Shown here: in pieces, positions 10,592 through 20,001 of the stretch
How the letters are laid out: each line of letters begins with the position of its first letter
Numbering within the stretch: position 1 is the first letter of the stretch
Source: an uncultured Candidatus Rokubacteria bacterium
GTDB lineage: Bacteria; Methylomirabilota; Methylomirabilia; Rokubacteriales; CSP1-6
Direction of reading: 5' to 3'
Assembly (NCBI GenBank): GCA_963771355.1
Contig: CAVYTA010000006.1
Coordinates: 864,001-928,000 of the forward strand
DNA: 64,000 nucleotides
Program-made: the position numbers and the translations under genes
Notes under the pieces: model-generated
What the model saw: the letters and a program-made list of their open reading frames with translations, nothing else
Told to the model about the DNA's origin: nothing
Database searches by the model: none

Positions 10592-11419
10592 GTGGACAGG
10601 GTGCTGGCGGAGAAGTACGAGCGGCTGGTCGGCCTGTTGCGCGGCATGGAGCGCGTGGTGGTCGCCTTCTCGGGCGGGGTGGACTCCACCGTGCTCGCGC
10701 GCGCGGCCGGGGATGCGCTCGGTGATCGCGCGCTCCTGGCCACCGCTGACTCCGAGACCTATCCCGCCTCCGAGCTGGGGGAGGCCCGCCGGCTCGCCGC
10801 GCACATCGGGCTCCCGCACGTGGTGGTTCAGACCCAGGAGCTCCAGCGGCCCGAGTACGCGGCCAATGCTCCCAACCGCTGTTTCTTCTGCAAGGACGAG
10901 CTCTTCACCCGGCTCGACGCGGTGGCCCGCGAGCACGGCGGCATGCCCATCGTCTACGGCGCCATCATGGACGACCTGGGCGACCACCGGCCGGGCATGG
11001 AGGCCGCCAAGGCCAGAGGGGTCCGCGCGCCGCTCATCGAGGCCGAGCTGTGGAAGCACGAGATACGGGAGATCGGCCGCGCGCTCGGCCTGCCCAACTG
11101 GGACAAGCCCGCCTTCGCGTGTCTGTCCTCACGCTTCCAGTACGGTGACCGCATCACGCCCGAGAAGCTTCGCCAGGTGGATGCCGCCGAGGCCTTTCTC
11201 CGCGAGCAGGGCTTCCGTCAGTTCCGCGTCCGCCACCACGACCGCCTCGCCCGGATCGAGTTGCCCCATGACGAGATGCCTCGAGTGTGGGAAGGGGACC
11301 GGCACGCCGCCATCGTCCGGCGCTTCCGCGAGCTGGGCTATCACTTCGTGACCCTGGATCTCCAGGGCTTTCGCAGCGGCAGCGCCAACGAGGCGCTCCG
11401 GTGGATCGCGAAAAAGTAA
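10592..11419 (+). CDS. larE: ATP-dependent sulfur insertase LarE
   Basis: PP-loop AFSGGVDS, NRCFFCK, DDLGDHRPG, ACLSSRF, QFRVRHH, LDLQGFRSGS. Confidence 0.92.
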   Translation: MDRVLAEKYERLVGLLRGMERVVVAFSGGVDSTVLARAAGDALGDRALLATADSETYPASELGEARRLAAHIGLPHVVVQTQELQRPEYAANAPNRCFFCKDELFTRLDAVAREHGGMPIVYGAIMDDLGDHRPGMEAAKARGVRAPLIEAELWKHEIREIGRALGLPNWDKPAFACLSSRFQYGDRITPEKLRQVDAAEAFLREQGFRQFRVRHHDRLARIELPHDEMPRVWEGDRHAAIVRRFRELGYHFVTLDLQGFRSGSANEALRWIAKK

Positions 11420-12159
11420 GAGCGCTGCTCGAGGAGGTCGCGGGGGGCGCGCTCACCCCCGAGCGCGCGCTCGCCCGGCTGCGGGACCTGCCGGTGGAGG
11501 ATCTGGGCTTCGCGCGGGTGGACCTCCACCGCGCGCTGCGCCACGGTGCGCCGGAAGCCGTCTTTTGCCAGGGTAAGACCGCCGCCCAGGTGGTCGCGAT
11601 CCTGACCTCGCTGGCTCAGTATCACGACAATATCCTCGCCACCCGCGCCGAGCCCGATGTGCTGAAGGCGATCGCGGACTGCGGCCTGCCGCACCGGCTC
11701 CACGAGGACGCGCGGGTCGCCGTGATCAAACCGGTGCCGCAGGAGGGGCTGGGGCTCGTCCTGGTGGTGAGCGCCGGCACCGCCGACCGGCCGGTAGCGG
11801 AGGAGGCGGCGGTGGTAGCCGAGGCGCTGGGCAATCGCGTAGAGCGGCTCCATGACTGCGGGGTGGCGGGGCTTCACCGGCTCGTCCCGCACCTCGACCG
11901 GCTCCACGAGGCCAATGCCCTGGTGGTAGTGGCAGGGATGGAAGGCGCGCTCCCCACCGTGGTGGCGGGGCTGGTGGACCGGCCGGTGATCGCGGTGCCC
12001 ACCAGCATCGGGTACGGCGCCTCCTTCGGCGGCATCGCCGCGCTCCTGGCCATGCTCAATTCCTGCGCCCCCGGGATCTCCGTGGTCAACATCGACAACG
12101 GCTACGGCGCCGCCGTCCAGGCCAGCCAGATCAATCACCTCGTCGCCAAGGTGCGCTGA
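11401..12159 (+). CDS. larB: Nickel-pincer cofactor carboxylase/hydrolase LarB
   Basis: FARVDLHRALRHGAPEAVFCQGK, SAGTAD, VAGMEGALP, PTSIGYG, NSCAPG, NIDNGYGAA; GTG 11401 chosen as start. Confidence 0.92.
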   Translation: MDREKVRALLEEVAGGALTPERALARLRDLPVEDLGFARVDLHRALRHGAPEAVFCQGKTAAQVVAILTSLAQYHDNILATRAEPDVLKAIADCGLPHRLHEDARVAVIKPVPQEGLGLVLVVSAGTADRPVAEEAAVVAEALGNRVERLHDCGVAGLHRLVPHLDRLHEANALVVVAGMEGALPTVVAGLVDRPVIAVPTSIGYGASFGGIAALLAMLNSCAPGISVVNIDNGYGAAVQASQINHLVAKVR

Positions 12160-12163
12160 GCCC

Positions 12164-13384
12164 GTGCGTCTCGCCTACTTCGACTGCCCCAGCGGCGCCG
12201 CCGGTGACATGATTCTCGGCGCGCTGGTGGACGCGGGGCTCCGCTGGGAGGACCTGCGCGCCGATCTCGACCGTCTCGCGCTTCCGGGCTTTGCCCTCGA
12301 GCGGCGCGAGGTGATGAAGGGCGCGTTCCGCGCCACCAAGGTCGAGGTGCACGTGACTGGACCAACGCATGGTGGAGGACGTCACGGGCATCCTCACCCG
12401 CATCGCACGCTCCCCGTCATCCGCGAGCTCATCGCCCGGAGCACGCTGCCGGATCCGGTGAAGGCGAGCGCGATCCGGATCTTCGCGCGCCTGGCCGAGG
12501 CCGAGGGCCGGGTGCACGGGGCCTCGCCCGACACCGTGCAGTTCCACGACGTGGGGGCGGTGGACGCCATCGTGGACATCGTCGGCGCCTGCGTAGGCCT
12601 CCATCGGCTCGGCATCGACGCCGTCCACTGCTCCGCGCTCCCCATCGGCGGCGGCATGGTGAACGGGCCGCACGGGCAGATTCCGGTGCCGGCGCCGGGC
12701 ACGGCCGAGCTGCTCAAGGGGTTTCCGGTGGTGGACACCGGCGTCAAGCGCGAGCTCGTCACCCCCACCGGCGCCGCCATCCTCACCACGCTGGCGGCAG
12801 GGACGGGCCGCATGCCGCCCATGACGGTGGCAGCGGTGGGCTACGGGGCGGGGACCATGGAGCTCGAGACGCCGAACGTGATCCGGCTCTTCGTGGGCGA
12901 GTCGTCCGCGGCGGCGGTCCCGGCCGCGTCGCCGGGCGAGACGGAGACCGTGGTCCAGGTCGAGACCACGGTGGACGACATGTCGCCGCAGCTCTACGAC
13001 CCCCTCATGGAGCGCCTCTTCGCCGCGGGGGCGCTGGACGTCTATCTCACCCCGGTCATCATGAAGAAGAGCCGGCCCGGGGTCGTGCTGGTGGCGCTGT
13101 GCCCGCCCGCGCTGGCCCCCGCGCTGGCGCAGATCCTCTTCGAGGAGTCCACCACCCTCGGCGTGCGCTGGACCGCTTATCAGCGGGCCCGCCTGCCGCG
13201 CGAGATGGTGACGCTCCCCACCAGCCTCGGCACGGTGTCCTTCAAGGTCGCCCGTCTCGACGGGCGGGTGATCACCGTCACCCCGGAGTTCGACGAGGTC
13301 CGGCGCCTTGCGCGCGACAAAGGGCTGTCGGTCCGCGAGGCGCTGGAGCGAGCGCGGGCCGAGGGACGGCGGCTGCTCGGCTGA
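12164..13384 (+). CDS. larC: Nickel insertase LarC (single uninterrupted ORF)
   Basis: [17 protein letters not shown], His-rich [54 protein letters not shown]. Confidence 0.93.
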   Translation: MRLAYFDCPSGAAGDMILGALVDAGLRWEDLRADLDRLALPGFALERREVMKGAFRATKVEVHVTGPTHGGGRHGHPHPHRTLPVIRELIARSTLPDPVKASAIRIFARLAEAEGRVHGASPDTVQFHDVGAVDAIVDIVGACVGLHRLGIDAVHCSALPIGGGMVNGPHGQIPVPAPGTAELLKGFPVVDTGVKRELVTPTGAAILTTLAAGTGRMPPMTVAAVGYGAGTMELETPNVIRLFVGESSAAAVPAASPGETETVVQVETTVDDMSPQLYDPLMERLFAAGALDVYLTPVIMKKSRPGVVLVALCPPALAPALAQILFEESTTLGVRWTAYQRARLPREMVTLPTSLGTVSFKVARLDGRVITVTPEFDEVRRLARDKGLSVREALERARAEGRRLLG

Positions 13385-13407
13385 CGCGGCCGCAGGCGGC
13401 TTCGGCC

Positions 13408-13436
13408 TTGACATCGCCAGGAGCCGGGACTAGTCT
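13408..13436 (+). promoter_or_regulatory. Sigma70-type promoter for coxSLM
   Basis: TTGACA (13408-13413), 17-nt spacer, TAGTCT (13431-13436); SD GGAGGT precedes coxS. Confidence 0.7.
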
Positions 13437-13512
13437 CGGAGTCGTTTTCCCAGCCTCGGACCCTCGTCGGCGAGGTGCCGTTCATGTATCGAGTCCTCCA
13501 GGAGGTAGCACG

Positions 13513-13986
13513 GTGAACAACAAGGTCACGGTCACGATCAACGGCGTGAGTCACTCCCACGAGGTGGAGCCCCGGCTGCTCCTCGTCCACTTCATCCGCG
13601 AGCTGGCCGGCCTCACCGGGACCCATGTCGGGTGCGACACCAGCCAGTGCGGCGCCTGCACCATTCACCTCAACGGCCTGGCGGTGAAGTCGTGCACCCT
13701 CCTCGCGGTGCAGGTGGACGGCGCCCAGATCACGACCATCGAGGGGATGGCGAAGGACGGCAAGCTCCACCCGATCCAGGAAGGGTTCTGGGAGAAACAC
13801 GGCCTGCAGTGCGGCTTCTGCACGCCGGGCATGATCATGTCGGCGGCCCAGCTCCTCCAGCGCTATCCGAAGCCCACCGAGGAAGACATCCGCCACCAGC
13901 TGGAAGGCAATCTCTGCCGCTGCACCGGCTACCACAACATCGTGAAGGCCATCCAGTACGCCGCCGAGAACATGGCGAAGCGGTAG
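13513..13986 (+). CDS. coxS: Mo-hydroxylase/CODH small [2Fe-2S] subunit
   Basis: [11 protein letters not shown]...[24 protein letters not shown]. Confidence 0.93.
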   Translation: MNNKVTVTINGVSHSHEVEPRLLLVHFIRELAGLTGTHVGCDTSQCGACTIHLNGLAVKSCTLLAVQVDGAQITTIEGMAKDGKLHPIQEGFWEKHGLQCGFCTPGMIMSAAQLLQRYPKPTEEDIRHQLEGNLCRCTGYHNIVKAIQYAAENMAKR

Positions 13987-14000
13987 AGGGGAGGCCGACC

Positions 14001-16361
14001 ATGGCGACGGCAAAGCTGCTGGGTGCGAGTATCAAGCGCCGCGAGGACCCGCGCTTCATGACCGGGAAGGGCAACTACACCGACGACCTCAAGCTTCCGG
14101 GCATGACCTATGCCGCCTTCGTGCGGAGCCCGCATGCCAGCGCGAAGATTCGCAAGATCGACATCGCCAAGGCGAAGACCTTCCCGGGGGTGGTGGCGAT
14201 CTTCACCGGCAAGGACATGACGGGCGTCAACTCCCTGCCGTGCGGCTGGCTGCTCCCCGAGCTCAAGGTTCCCCCCCACATGCCTCTGGCCGGCGACGCC
14301 GCCAGGTACGTGGGGGATCCGGTGGCCATCGTCATCGCGGAGACGCAGTCCGCGGCGCGCGACGCCGCCGACCTCGTCGACGTGGACTGGGACGTCCTGA
14401 CCTCGGTGACGAACACCGAGCGCGCGGCGCAGTCCGGCGCCGCCCAGGTCCACGAGGTGGCGCCCGGAAACGTCGCCTTCAAATGGCAGATCGGCGACAG
14501 CGCCGAGACCGACGCCGCCTTCAAGAAGGCGGACGTGGTGGTCAAGAAGCGCATCGTGAACCAGCGGCTGGTGGCCAATGCCATGGAGGCGCGCGCCTGC
14601 GTGGCGCGGTACGAGGATTCCACCGGCGATCTCACCCTCTGGGTGACCTCGCAAAACCCCCACGTGCACCGGCTCCTCATGACCGCCTTCGTGCTGGGCA
14701 TCCCCGAGCACAAGGTACGCGTGATCGCCCCCGACGTCGGGGGCGGCTTCGGCTCGAAGATCTTCCTCTACAACGAGGAGACGGTGTGCTCCTGGGCCAC
14801 CCGCCAGATCAAGCGGCCCATCCGCTGGACCTCGGACCGGCGCGAGGCCTTCCTGACCGATGCGCACGGGCGTGACCACGTGACGGACGCCGAGGTGGCG
14901 CTTTCGCGCGACGGCAAGATGCTGGGGCTGCGGGTGAAGACCACCGCGAACCTGGGCGCGTATCTCTCCACCTTCGCGCCCGCGGTGCCGACCTATCTCT
15001 ACGGGACGCTCCTCAACGGCGTCTACACCTTCGGGGCCATCCATTGCGAGGTCACCGGAGTCTTCACGAACACCACGCCGGTGGACGCCTATCGGGGCGC
15101 CGGCCGGCCGGAGGCCTGCTACCTCCTCGAGCGGATGGTCGACGCCTGCGCGGCCGCGCTCAAGATGGATCCGGTGGAGATCCGGCGGAAGAACTTCATC
15201 CCGAAGTTCGACAACGGCTACCAGACCAAGGTGGCGCTCAGCTACGACAGCGGCAATTACGGCGGCGCCCTCGACCGGCTACTCCAGATGCTCGACTACA
15301 AGAAGTTCCGCGCCGAGCAGGCGGAGGGACGAGCCAAGGGCCGGCTCATCGGGGTCGGCTTCTCCACCTATATCGAGGCGTGCAGCATCGCGCCGTCCAA
15401 GGTGGTGGGCTCACTGGGCGCGCAGGCCGGGCTCTGGGAGTCCGGCAAGGTGCGCGTGCATCCGACCGGCAAGGTGTCGGTGTTCACGGGCTCGCACTCG
15501 CACGGCCAGGGGCACGAGACGACCTTCGCGCAGCTGGTGGCGCACCACCTGGGCATCCCGATGGACGACGTGGACATCATCCATGGCGACACCGGGATCG
15601 TACCCTTCGGCATGGGCTCCTACGGAAGCCGCTCGGCCTCCGTGGGCGGCACCGCCATCGTGATGTCCATCAACAAGATCAAGGAAAAGGGCAAGAAGAT
15701 CGCTGCCCATCTCCTGGAAGCCTCGCCGCAGGACATCGAGTACGCCAATGGGCAATTCCAGGTGAAGGGCTCGCCCCAGAAGGCGGTGCCCTTCGGCCAG
15801 GTCGCGCTGACCGCCTACGTGCCGCACAACTACCCCGAGGGCCTCGAGCCCGGGCTCGAGGAGACGTCCTTCTACGATCCGGCCAACTTCTGCTTCCCGT
15901 TCGGGGCGCACGCCTGCGTGGTCGAGGTGGACCCGGACACGGGGCACGTCAAGATCCTCCGCTACGTGGCGGTGGACGATGTCGGCAATGTCATCAGCCC
16001 CATGATCGTGGACGGCATGGTGCATGGCGGCATCGCCCAGGGCGTGGGGCAGGCCCTCTGGGAAGGCGCCGTCTACGACGTGGACTCCGGCCAGCTCGTC
16101 TCCGGCACCATGATGGACTATGCGCTGCCCAGGGCGGAAATGCTGCCGTTCTACGAGACCGACCGCACCGAGACGCCGACGCCGGTGAACATCCTCGGTA
16201 TCAAGGGCGCGGGAGAGACGGGCACCATCGCGGCCACACCTGCAGTCGTCAATGCCGTCGTGGACGCCCTCGGCGGCCTCGGCGTGGACCACATCGAAAC
16301 GATGCCGCTCACGGCCGAGCGAGTCTGGAAGACCATCCAGGCCGCCCGAGCGAAGAAGTAA
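14001..16361 (+). CDS. coxL: Xanthine-oxidase-family molybdoprotein large subunit, form II CoxL-like
   Basis: DVGGGFGSK, active-site AYRGAGRPE, HGQGHETT, SYGSRS, GGIAQG, GIKGAGETG. Confidence 0.9.
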   Translation: MATAKLLGASIKRREDPRFMTGKGNYTDDLKLPGMTYAAFVRSPHASAKIRKIDIAKAKTFPGVVAIFTGKDMTGVNSLPCGWLLPELKVPPHMPLAGDAARYVGDPVAIVIAETQSAARDAADLVDVDWDVLTSVTNTERAAQSGAAQVHEVAPGNVAFKWQIGDSAETDAAFKKADVVVKKRIVNQRLVANAMEARACVARYEDSTGDLTLWVTSQNPHVHRLLMTAFVLGIPEHKVRVIAPDVGGGFGSKIFLYNEETVCSWATRQIKRPIRWTSDRREAFLTDAHGRDHVTDAEVALSRDGKMLGLRVKTTANLGAYLSTFAPAVPTYLYGTLLNGVYTFGAIHCEVTGVFTNTTPVDAYRGAGRPEACYLLERMVDACAAALKMDPVEIRRKNFIPKFDNGYQTKVALSYDSGNYGGALDRLLQMLDYKKFRAEQAEGRAKGRLIGVGFSTYIEACSIAPSKVVGSLGAQAGLWESGKVRVHPTGKVSVFTGSHSHGQGHETTFAQLVAHHLGIPMDDVDIIHGDTGIVPFGMGSYGSRSASVGGTAIVMSINKIKEKGKKIAAHLLEASPQDIEYANGQFQVKGSPQKAVPFGQVALTAYVPHNYPEGLEPGLEETSFYDPANFCFPFGAHACVVEVDPDTGHVKILRYVAVDDVGNVISPMIVDGMVHGGIAQGVGQALWEGAVYDVDSGQLVSGTMMDYALPRAEMLPFYETDRTETPTPVNILGIKGAGETGTIAATPAVVNAVVDALGGLGVDHIETMPLTAERVWKTIQAARAKK

Positions 16362-16374
16362 GGGGGACGCGCGC

Positions 16375-17238
16375 ATGTATCCAGCCCAGTTCGATTACCA
16401 CACCCCCGGCTCGATCAAGGAAGCGCTCGATCTGCTGGGCAAGCACAAGGACGACGCCAAGCTCTTGGCCGGCGGGCACAGCCTGCTGCCGGCGATGAAG
16501 TTCCGCCTGGCGAGGCCCGCTCATATCGTCGATCTCCGCAAGGTGCCCGGGCTCTCGGGGGTCAAGGAAGACGGCGGCACCCTCGTCATCGGCGCCATGA
16601 CCACGCACTATGCCGTCGAGTCGTCGGCGGTGGTGAAGTCCAAGTGCGGCGTCCTCGCGCAGACGGCCGCGATGATCGGCGATCCCATGGTGCGCAACAT
16701 GGGGACCATCGGCGGCAGCCTGGCCCACGCGGATCCCGCCGCCGATTATCCCGCGACCGCGATCGCGGTGGGCGCCGAGTTGGTGGCCGAGGGGCCGAAG
16801 GGCAAGCGGACCATCAAGGTCGACGACTTCTTCAAGGGGCTCATGACCACCGCGGTGGGCGCGGACGAGATCCTCACCGAAGTGCGCGTACCCGCGCTGG
16901 CCGCCAATCAGTCGGCGGCCTACATGAAGTTCCCGCATCCCGCCTCCCGCTTCGCCGTGGTGGGGGTCGCCGCGGTGCTCACCATCGACGGCGGCAAGTG
17001 CACCAAGGCTTCCATCGGGATCACGGGGGCGGGGACCCACGCGGTGCGCGCGAAGGGCGTGGAGGCCGCGCTGACCGGGAAGGCGCTCGACGCGGCGAGC
17101 ATCGCGGCGGCGGCGGACAAGGCGCCCGACGGCGTGGACGTCCAGGCCGACCTCCAGGGCTCGGTGGACTACAAGAAGCATCTCCTCAAGGTCTTCGCCA
17201 AGCGCGCGATCGAGGCGGCCGCCGCGGCGAAGAAGTAG
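16375..17238 (+). CDS. coxM: Mo-hydroxylase/CODH FAD-binding medium subunit
   Basis: KLLAGGHSLLP, VRNMGTIGGSLAHADPAAD. Confidence 0.92.
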   Translation: MYPAQFDYHTPGSIKEALDLLGKHKDDAKLLAGGHSLLPAMKFRLARPAHIVDLRKVPGLSGVKEDGGTLVIGAMTTHYAVESSAVVKSKCGVLAQTAAMIGDPMVRNMGTIGGSLAHADPAADYPATAIAVGAELVAEGPKGKRTIKVDDFFKGLMTTAVGADEILTEVRVPALAANQSAAYMKFPHPASRFAVVGVAAVLTIDGGKCTKASIGITGAGTHAVRAKGVEAALTGKALDAASIAAAADKAPDGVDVQADLQGSVDYKKHLLKVFAKRAIEAAAAAKK

Positions 17239-17256
17239 CTGCCTCTTGCGCGTACC

Positions 17257-17294
17257 GGCCCCGCGGAGCCTCCCGCCCGCGGGGCCTTTTCTTT
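17257..17294 (+). terminator. Intrinsic terminator after coxM
   Basis: GGCCCCGCGG-10 nt-CCGCGGGGCC followed by TTTTCTTT. Confidence 0.8.
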
Positions 17295-17322
17295 GGCCGC
17301 GGGGTCGGCGGGGGGAGGGCGC

Positions 17323-17904
17323 GTGATCGCCGGGGTGGTGCTGGCGGCGGGGCTCTCCCGGCGTATGGGGCGGCGCAAGCTGCTCCTCGATCTCGGCGGT
17401 CAGCCCGTGATCCGGCTCGCCGTGGAAGGTGTCGCGGCCGCGGGAGTGGACGATCTCGTGGTGGTGATGCCGCCCGACCACTCGGAGCTGGCCGCCGCGC
17501 TCACGGGGATTCGCCATCGTGTCGCCGTGAACCCGGCGCCCGAGACGGGACAGGCGGGCTCGGTGGTGGCGGGCATCGCGGCGCTCGGCCCCGCCGTGCG
17601 GGCCGCCCTCATCGCGCTGGGCGATCAGCCGGCGGTGCCCCGCGCGGTGCCGGTGGGCCTGCTCACCGCGTACCGGGCGACGGCCAGGGCCATCGTCGCC
17701 CCGCGCTACCGGGAGGGCCGCGGCAACCCGGTGCTCTTCGATGTCTCGGTCTTTCCCGAGCTGCTGCGTCTCACCGGCGACGCGGGCGCCCGCGGCGTCA
17801 TCGACGCCGACCCCGCGCGCGTCGCGCTGGTGACCTTCGACCTACCGATGCCTCCGGACATCGACACGCCGGAGGACTACGAGACCCTCCGAGGCCGGCT
17901 CTAG
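17323..17904 (+). CDS. mocA: Molybdenum cofactor cytidylyltransferase (MocA-like NTP transferase)
   Basis: VVLAAGLSRRMG..KLLL, LGDQP, GNPVLF, GDAGAR, DIDTPEDY; lies next to an MCD-type hydroxylase. Confidence 0.85.
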   Translation: MIAGVVLAAGLSRRMGRRKLLLDLGGQPVIRLAVEGVAAAGVDDLVVVMPPDHSELAAALTGIRHRVAVNPAPETGQAGSVVAGIAALGPAVRAALIALGDQPAVPRAVPVGLLTAYRATARAIVAPRYREGRGNPVLFDVSVFPELLRLTGDAGARGVIDADPARVALVTFDLPMPPDIDTPEDYETLRGRL

Positions 17905-17924
17905 CCGGTGTACACTAAGGATCC

Positions 17925-18815
17925 ATGAGAGAAGAGATCAAGAAAATCCGCGACTTGATGGAAAGTGCCGACTACGTGACCGATCCCGCCATCGCCACCT
18001 CGGTGCATCTGGCGATGACGCTCCGGAAGCCGCTCCTCATCGAAGGCCATGCCGGGGTCGGCAAGACCGAAGTCGCCAAGGTGATGGCGCGGATGCTCGA
18101 CACGCGGCTCATTCGCCTCCAGTGTTACGAGGGGCTGGATGCGGCGCAGGCGCTGTACGAGTGGAATTACCCGAAGCAGATCCTCCACATCAAGCTGCAG
18201 GAGCGCTCGGATCGGCCCACCGGGGAGAAGGAGCACGAGATCTTCTCGGAGGAGTTCCTCATCCGCCGGCCGCTCCTCCAGGCCATCACGCCCGCCCCCA
18301 AGCCGCCCGTGCTCTTGATCGACGAAATCGACCGTGCTGACGAGGAGTTCGAAGCGTTCCTTCTAGAAGTACTTTCAGACTACCAGGTCACCATTCCCGA
18401 GATCGGCACCATCAAGGCGGTGGAGCCGCCCTACGTCATCCTCACCTCGAACCGGATCCGCGAGCTGTCCGACGCGCTCCGCCGGCGCTGCCTCTACCTG
18501 TGGGTGGACTACCCGGGCTTCGAGAAGGAAGTGCGCATCGTGACCCGGAAGGTTCCCGGGGTGAACCAGAAGCTGGCCCGGGAGATCTCGAAGTTCATGG
18601 AGAGCCTGCGCACGGTACGGCTGGCCAAGTTGCCCGGTGTGGCGGAGACGCTCGACTGGGCGCAGGCGCTGTCGTCGCTCCACGCCGACCATCTCGACGA
18701 GGAGCTCGTGCTCGAGACGCTCGGCTGCGTCCTCAAGGATCCCGACGACATCAAGCGCGTCCGCAAGGAGCTGGCCGGCTCCGGGATGAACCGCTTCGTG
18801 GCCGCCGAGGGGTAG
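17925..18815 (+). CDS. coxD: MoxR-family AAA+ ATPase (CoxD-like)
   Basis: EGHAGVGKT, RLQCYEGLD, LYEWNY, LLIDEIDRAD, LSDALRRRCLY. Confidence 0.88.
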   Translation: MREEIKKIRDLMESADYVTDPAIATSVHLAMTLRKPLLIEGHAGVGKTEVAKVMARMLDTRLIRLQCYEGLDAAQALYEWNYPKQILHIKLQERSDRPTGEKEHEIFSEEFLIRRPLLQAITPAPKPPVLLIDEIDRADEEFEAFLLEVLSDYQVTIPEIGTIKAVEPPYVILTSNRIRELSDALRRRCLYLWVDYPGFEKEVRIVTRKVPGVNQKLAREISKFMESLRTVRLAKLPGVAETLDWAQALSSLHADHLDEELVLETLGCVLKDPDDIKRVRKELAGSGMNRFVAAEG

Positions 18816-18821
18816 ACGCCC

Positions 18822-19988
18822 GTGGCGGCGCCGGCCATGGCGCGGGATCTCATGACCCAGACCCTCGCCTTCGGGCGCATCCTGCGCGCCGCCGGGGTGG
18901 CGTGCACCACGTCCGAAGTCCTCGACGCGGTGCGCGCCCTCGAGGCGGTGGATCTCCTGGATCGTAACGAGGTCTACCTCGCCCTGCGCGCGGTCTTCGT
19001 CACCCGGCGGGAGGAGATGCCCACCTTCGATCGCTGCTTCGAGGCCTTCTGGAAGTTCCGCGCGGCGGAGGGCCAGGGGCTGGACGGGCTCATCCAGGCC
19101 ATCGAGCCACCGCGGCCCGAGGACGACAGCATCCCGGGCTCGGTGGACGGCCCCGGCAAGAAGCAGGTCGAGATCGCGCTGGAGGGCTGGGAGGAAGAGG
19201 GCAACGACGACGGCGAGCCGCTGGAGGTGCCCGGGGTCAGCGCCCAGGAAGTCCTCATGGACCAGGATTTCTCCTCTTTCCCCGCGGATCAGCTGGACGA
19301 GGTCGCGCGCGTCACCGTGCTCATCGCCAAGCGGCTGGCGCGTCGGATGAGCCGGCGCCGGCGCCCGGTGAAGCGGGGCGGGGTGGTGGATCTGCGCCGC
19401 AGCATCCGCGCCAACATGATGAAGGGCGAGATCATCGAGCTGCGCCGGCGGGAGCGGCGCCGGCGGAAGATCCGCCTGGTCCTGCTCGCCGACGTATCCG
19501 GCTCCATGGATCTCTATAGCCGCTTCCTGCTCCTGTTCCTGTACGCCCTACAGAACGCGTTCGGACGGGTGGAGACCTTCACCTTCGCCACGCGACTGAC
19601 ACGCATAACCGAGCATCTCAAGGGTGCGTCCTACAAGCAGGCCCTCCGCCAGCTCGCCGCCGTCCGGGACTGGTCCGGGGGCACGCGGATCGGCGAGTCG
19701 CTCCGGGACTTCAACCGGACCTGGGGGCATCTGGTCGACCGCCGCACCATCGTGATCGTGCTCTCCGACGGCTGGGATACCGGAGAGCCCGACGAGCTGT
19801 CGGCGGAGATGCTGACGCTCAAGCGAAAGGCGGGCCGGGTGATCTGGCTCAATCCCCTGCTCGGCAACCCGTCGTACGAACCGCTCACCCGCGGCATGGC
19901 CGCTGCACTGCCGCTGGTGGACCACTTTGCCGCCGCGCACAATCTCGCCAGCCTCCGGGACCTCGCCGGTCACCTGAGACTGGGATAG
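18822..19988 (+). CDS. coxE: VWA-domain protein (CoxE-like)
   Basis: LADVSGSMDLYSR, FATRLT, WSGGTRIG, LSDGWDTG, WLNPL. Start may be ATG 18837. Confidence 0.88.
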   Translation: MAAPAMARDLMTQTLAFGRILRAAGVACTTSEVLDAVRALEAVDLLDRNEVYLALRAVFVTRREEMPTFDRCFEAFWKFRAAEGQGLDGLIQAIEPPRPEDDSIPGSVDGPGKKQVEIALEGWEEEGNDDGEPLEVPGVSAQEVLMDQDFSSFPADQLDEVARVTVLIAKRLARRMSRRRRPVKRGGVVDLRRSIRANMMKGEIIELRRRERRRRKIRLVLLADVSGSMDLYSRFLLLFLYALQNAFGRVETFTFATRLTRITEHLKGASYKQALRQLAAVRDWSGGTRIGESLRDFNRTWGHLVDRRTIVIVLSDGWDTGEPDELSAEMLTLKRKAGRVIWLNPLLGNPSYEPLTRGMAAALPLVDHFAAAHNLASLRDLAGHLRLG

Positions 19989-20001
19989 CGGAGAACCGCC
20001 T

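Noticed and set aside
13513..17238. Bona fide form I aerobic CO dehydrogenase
   Set aside because: Lacks AYXCSFR and the M-S-L gene order.
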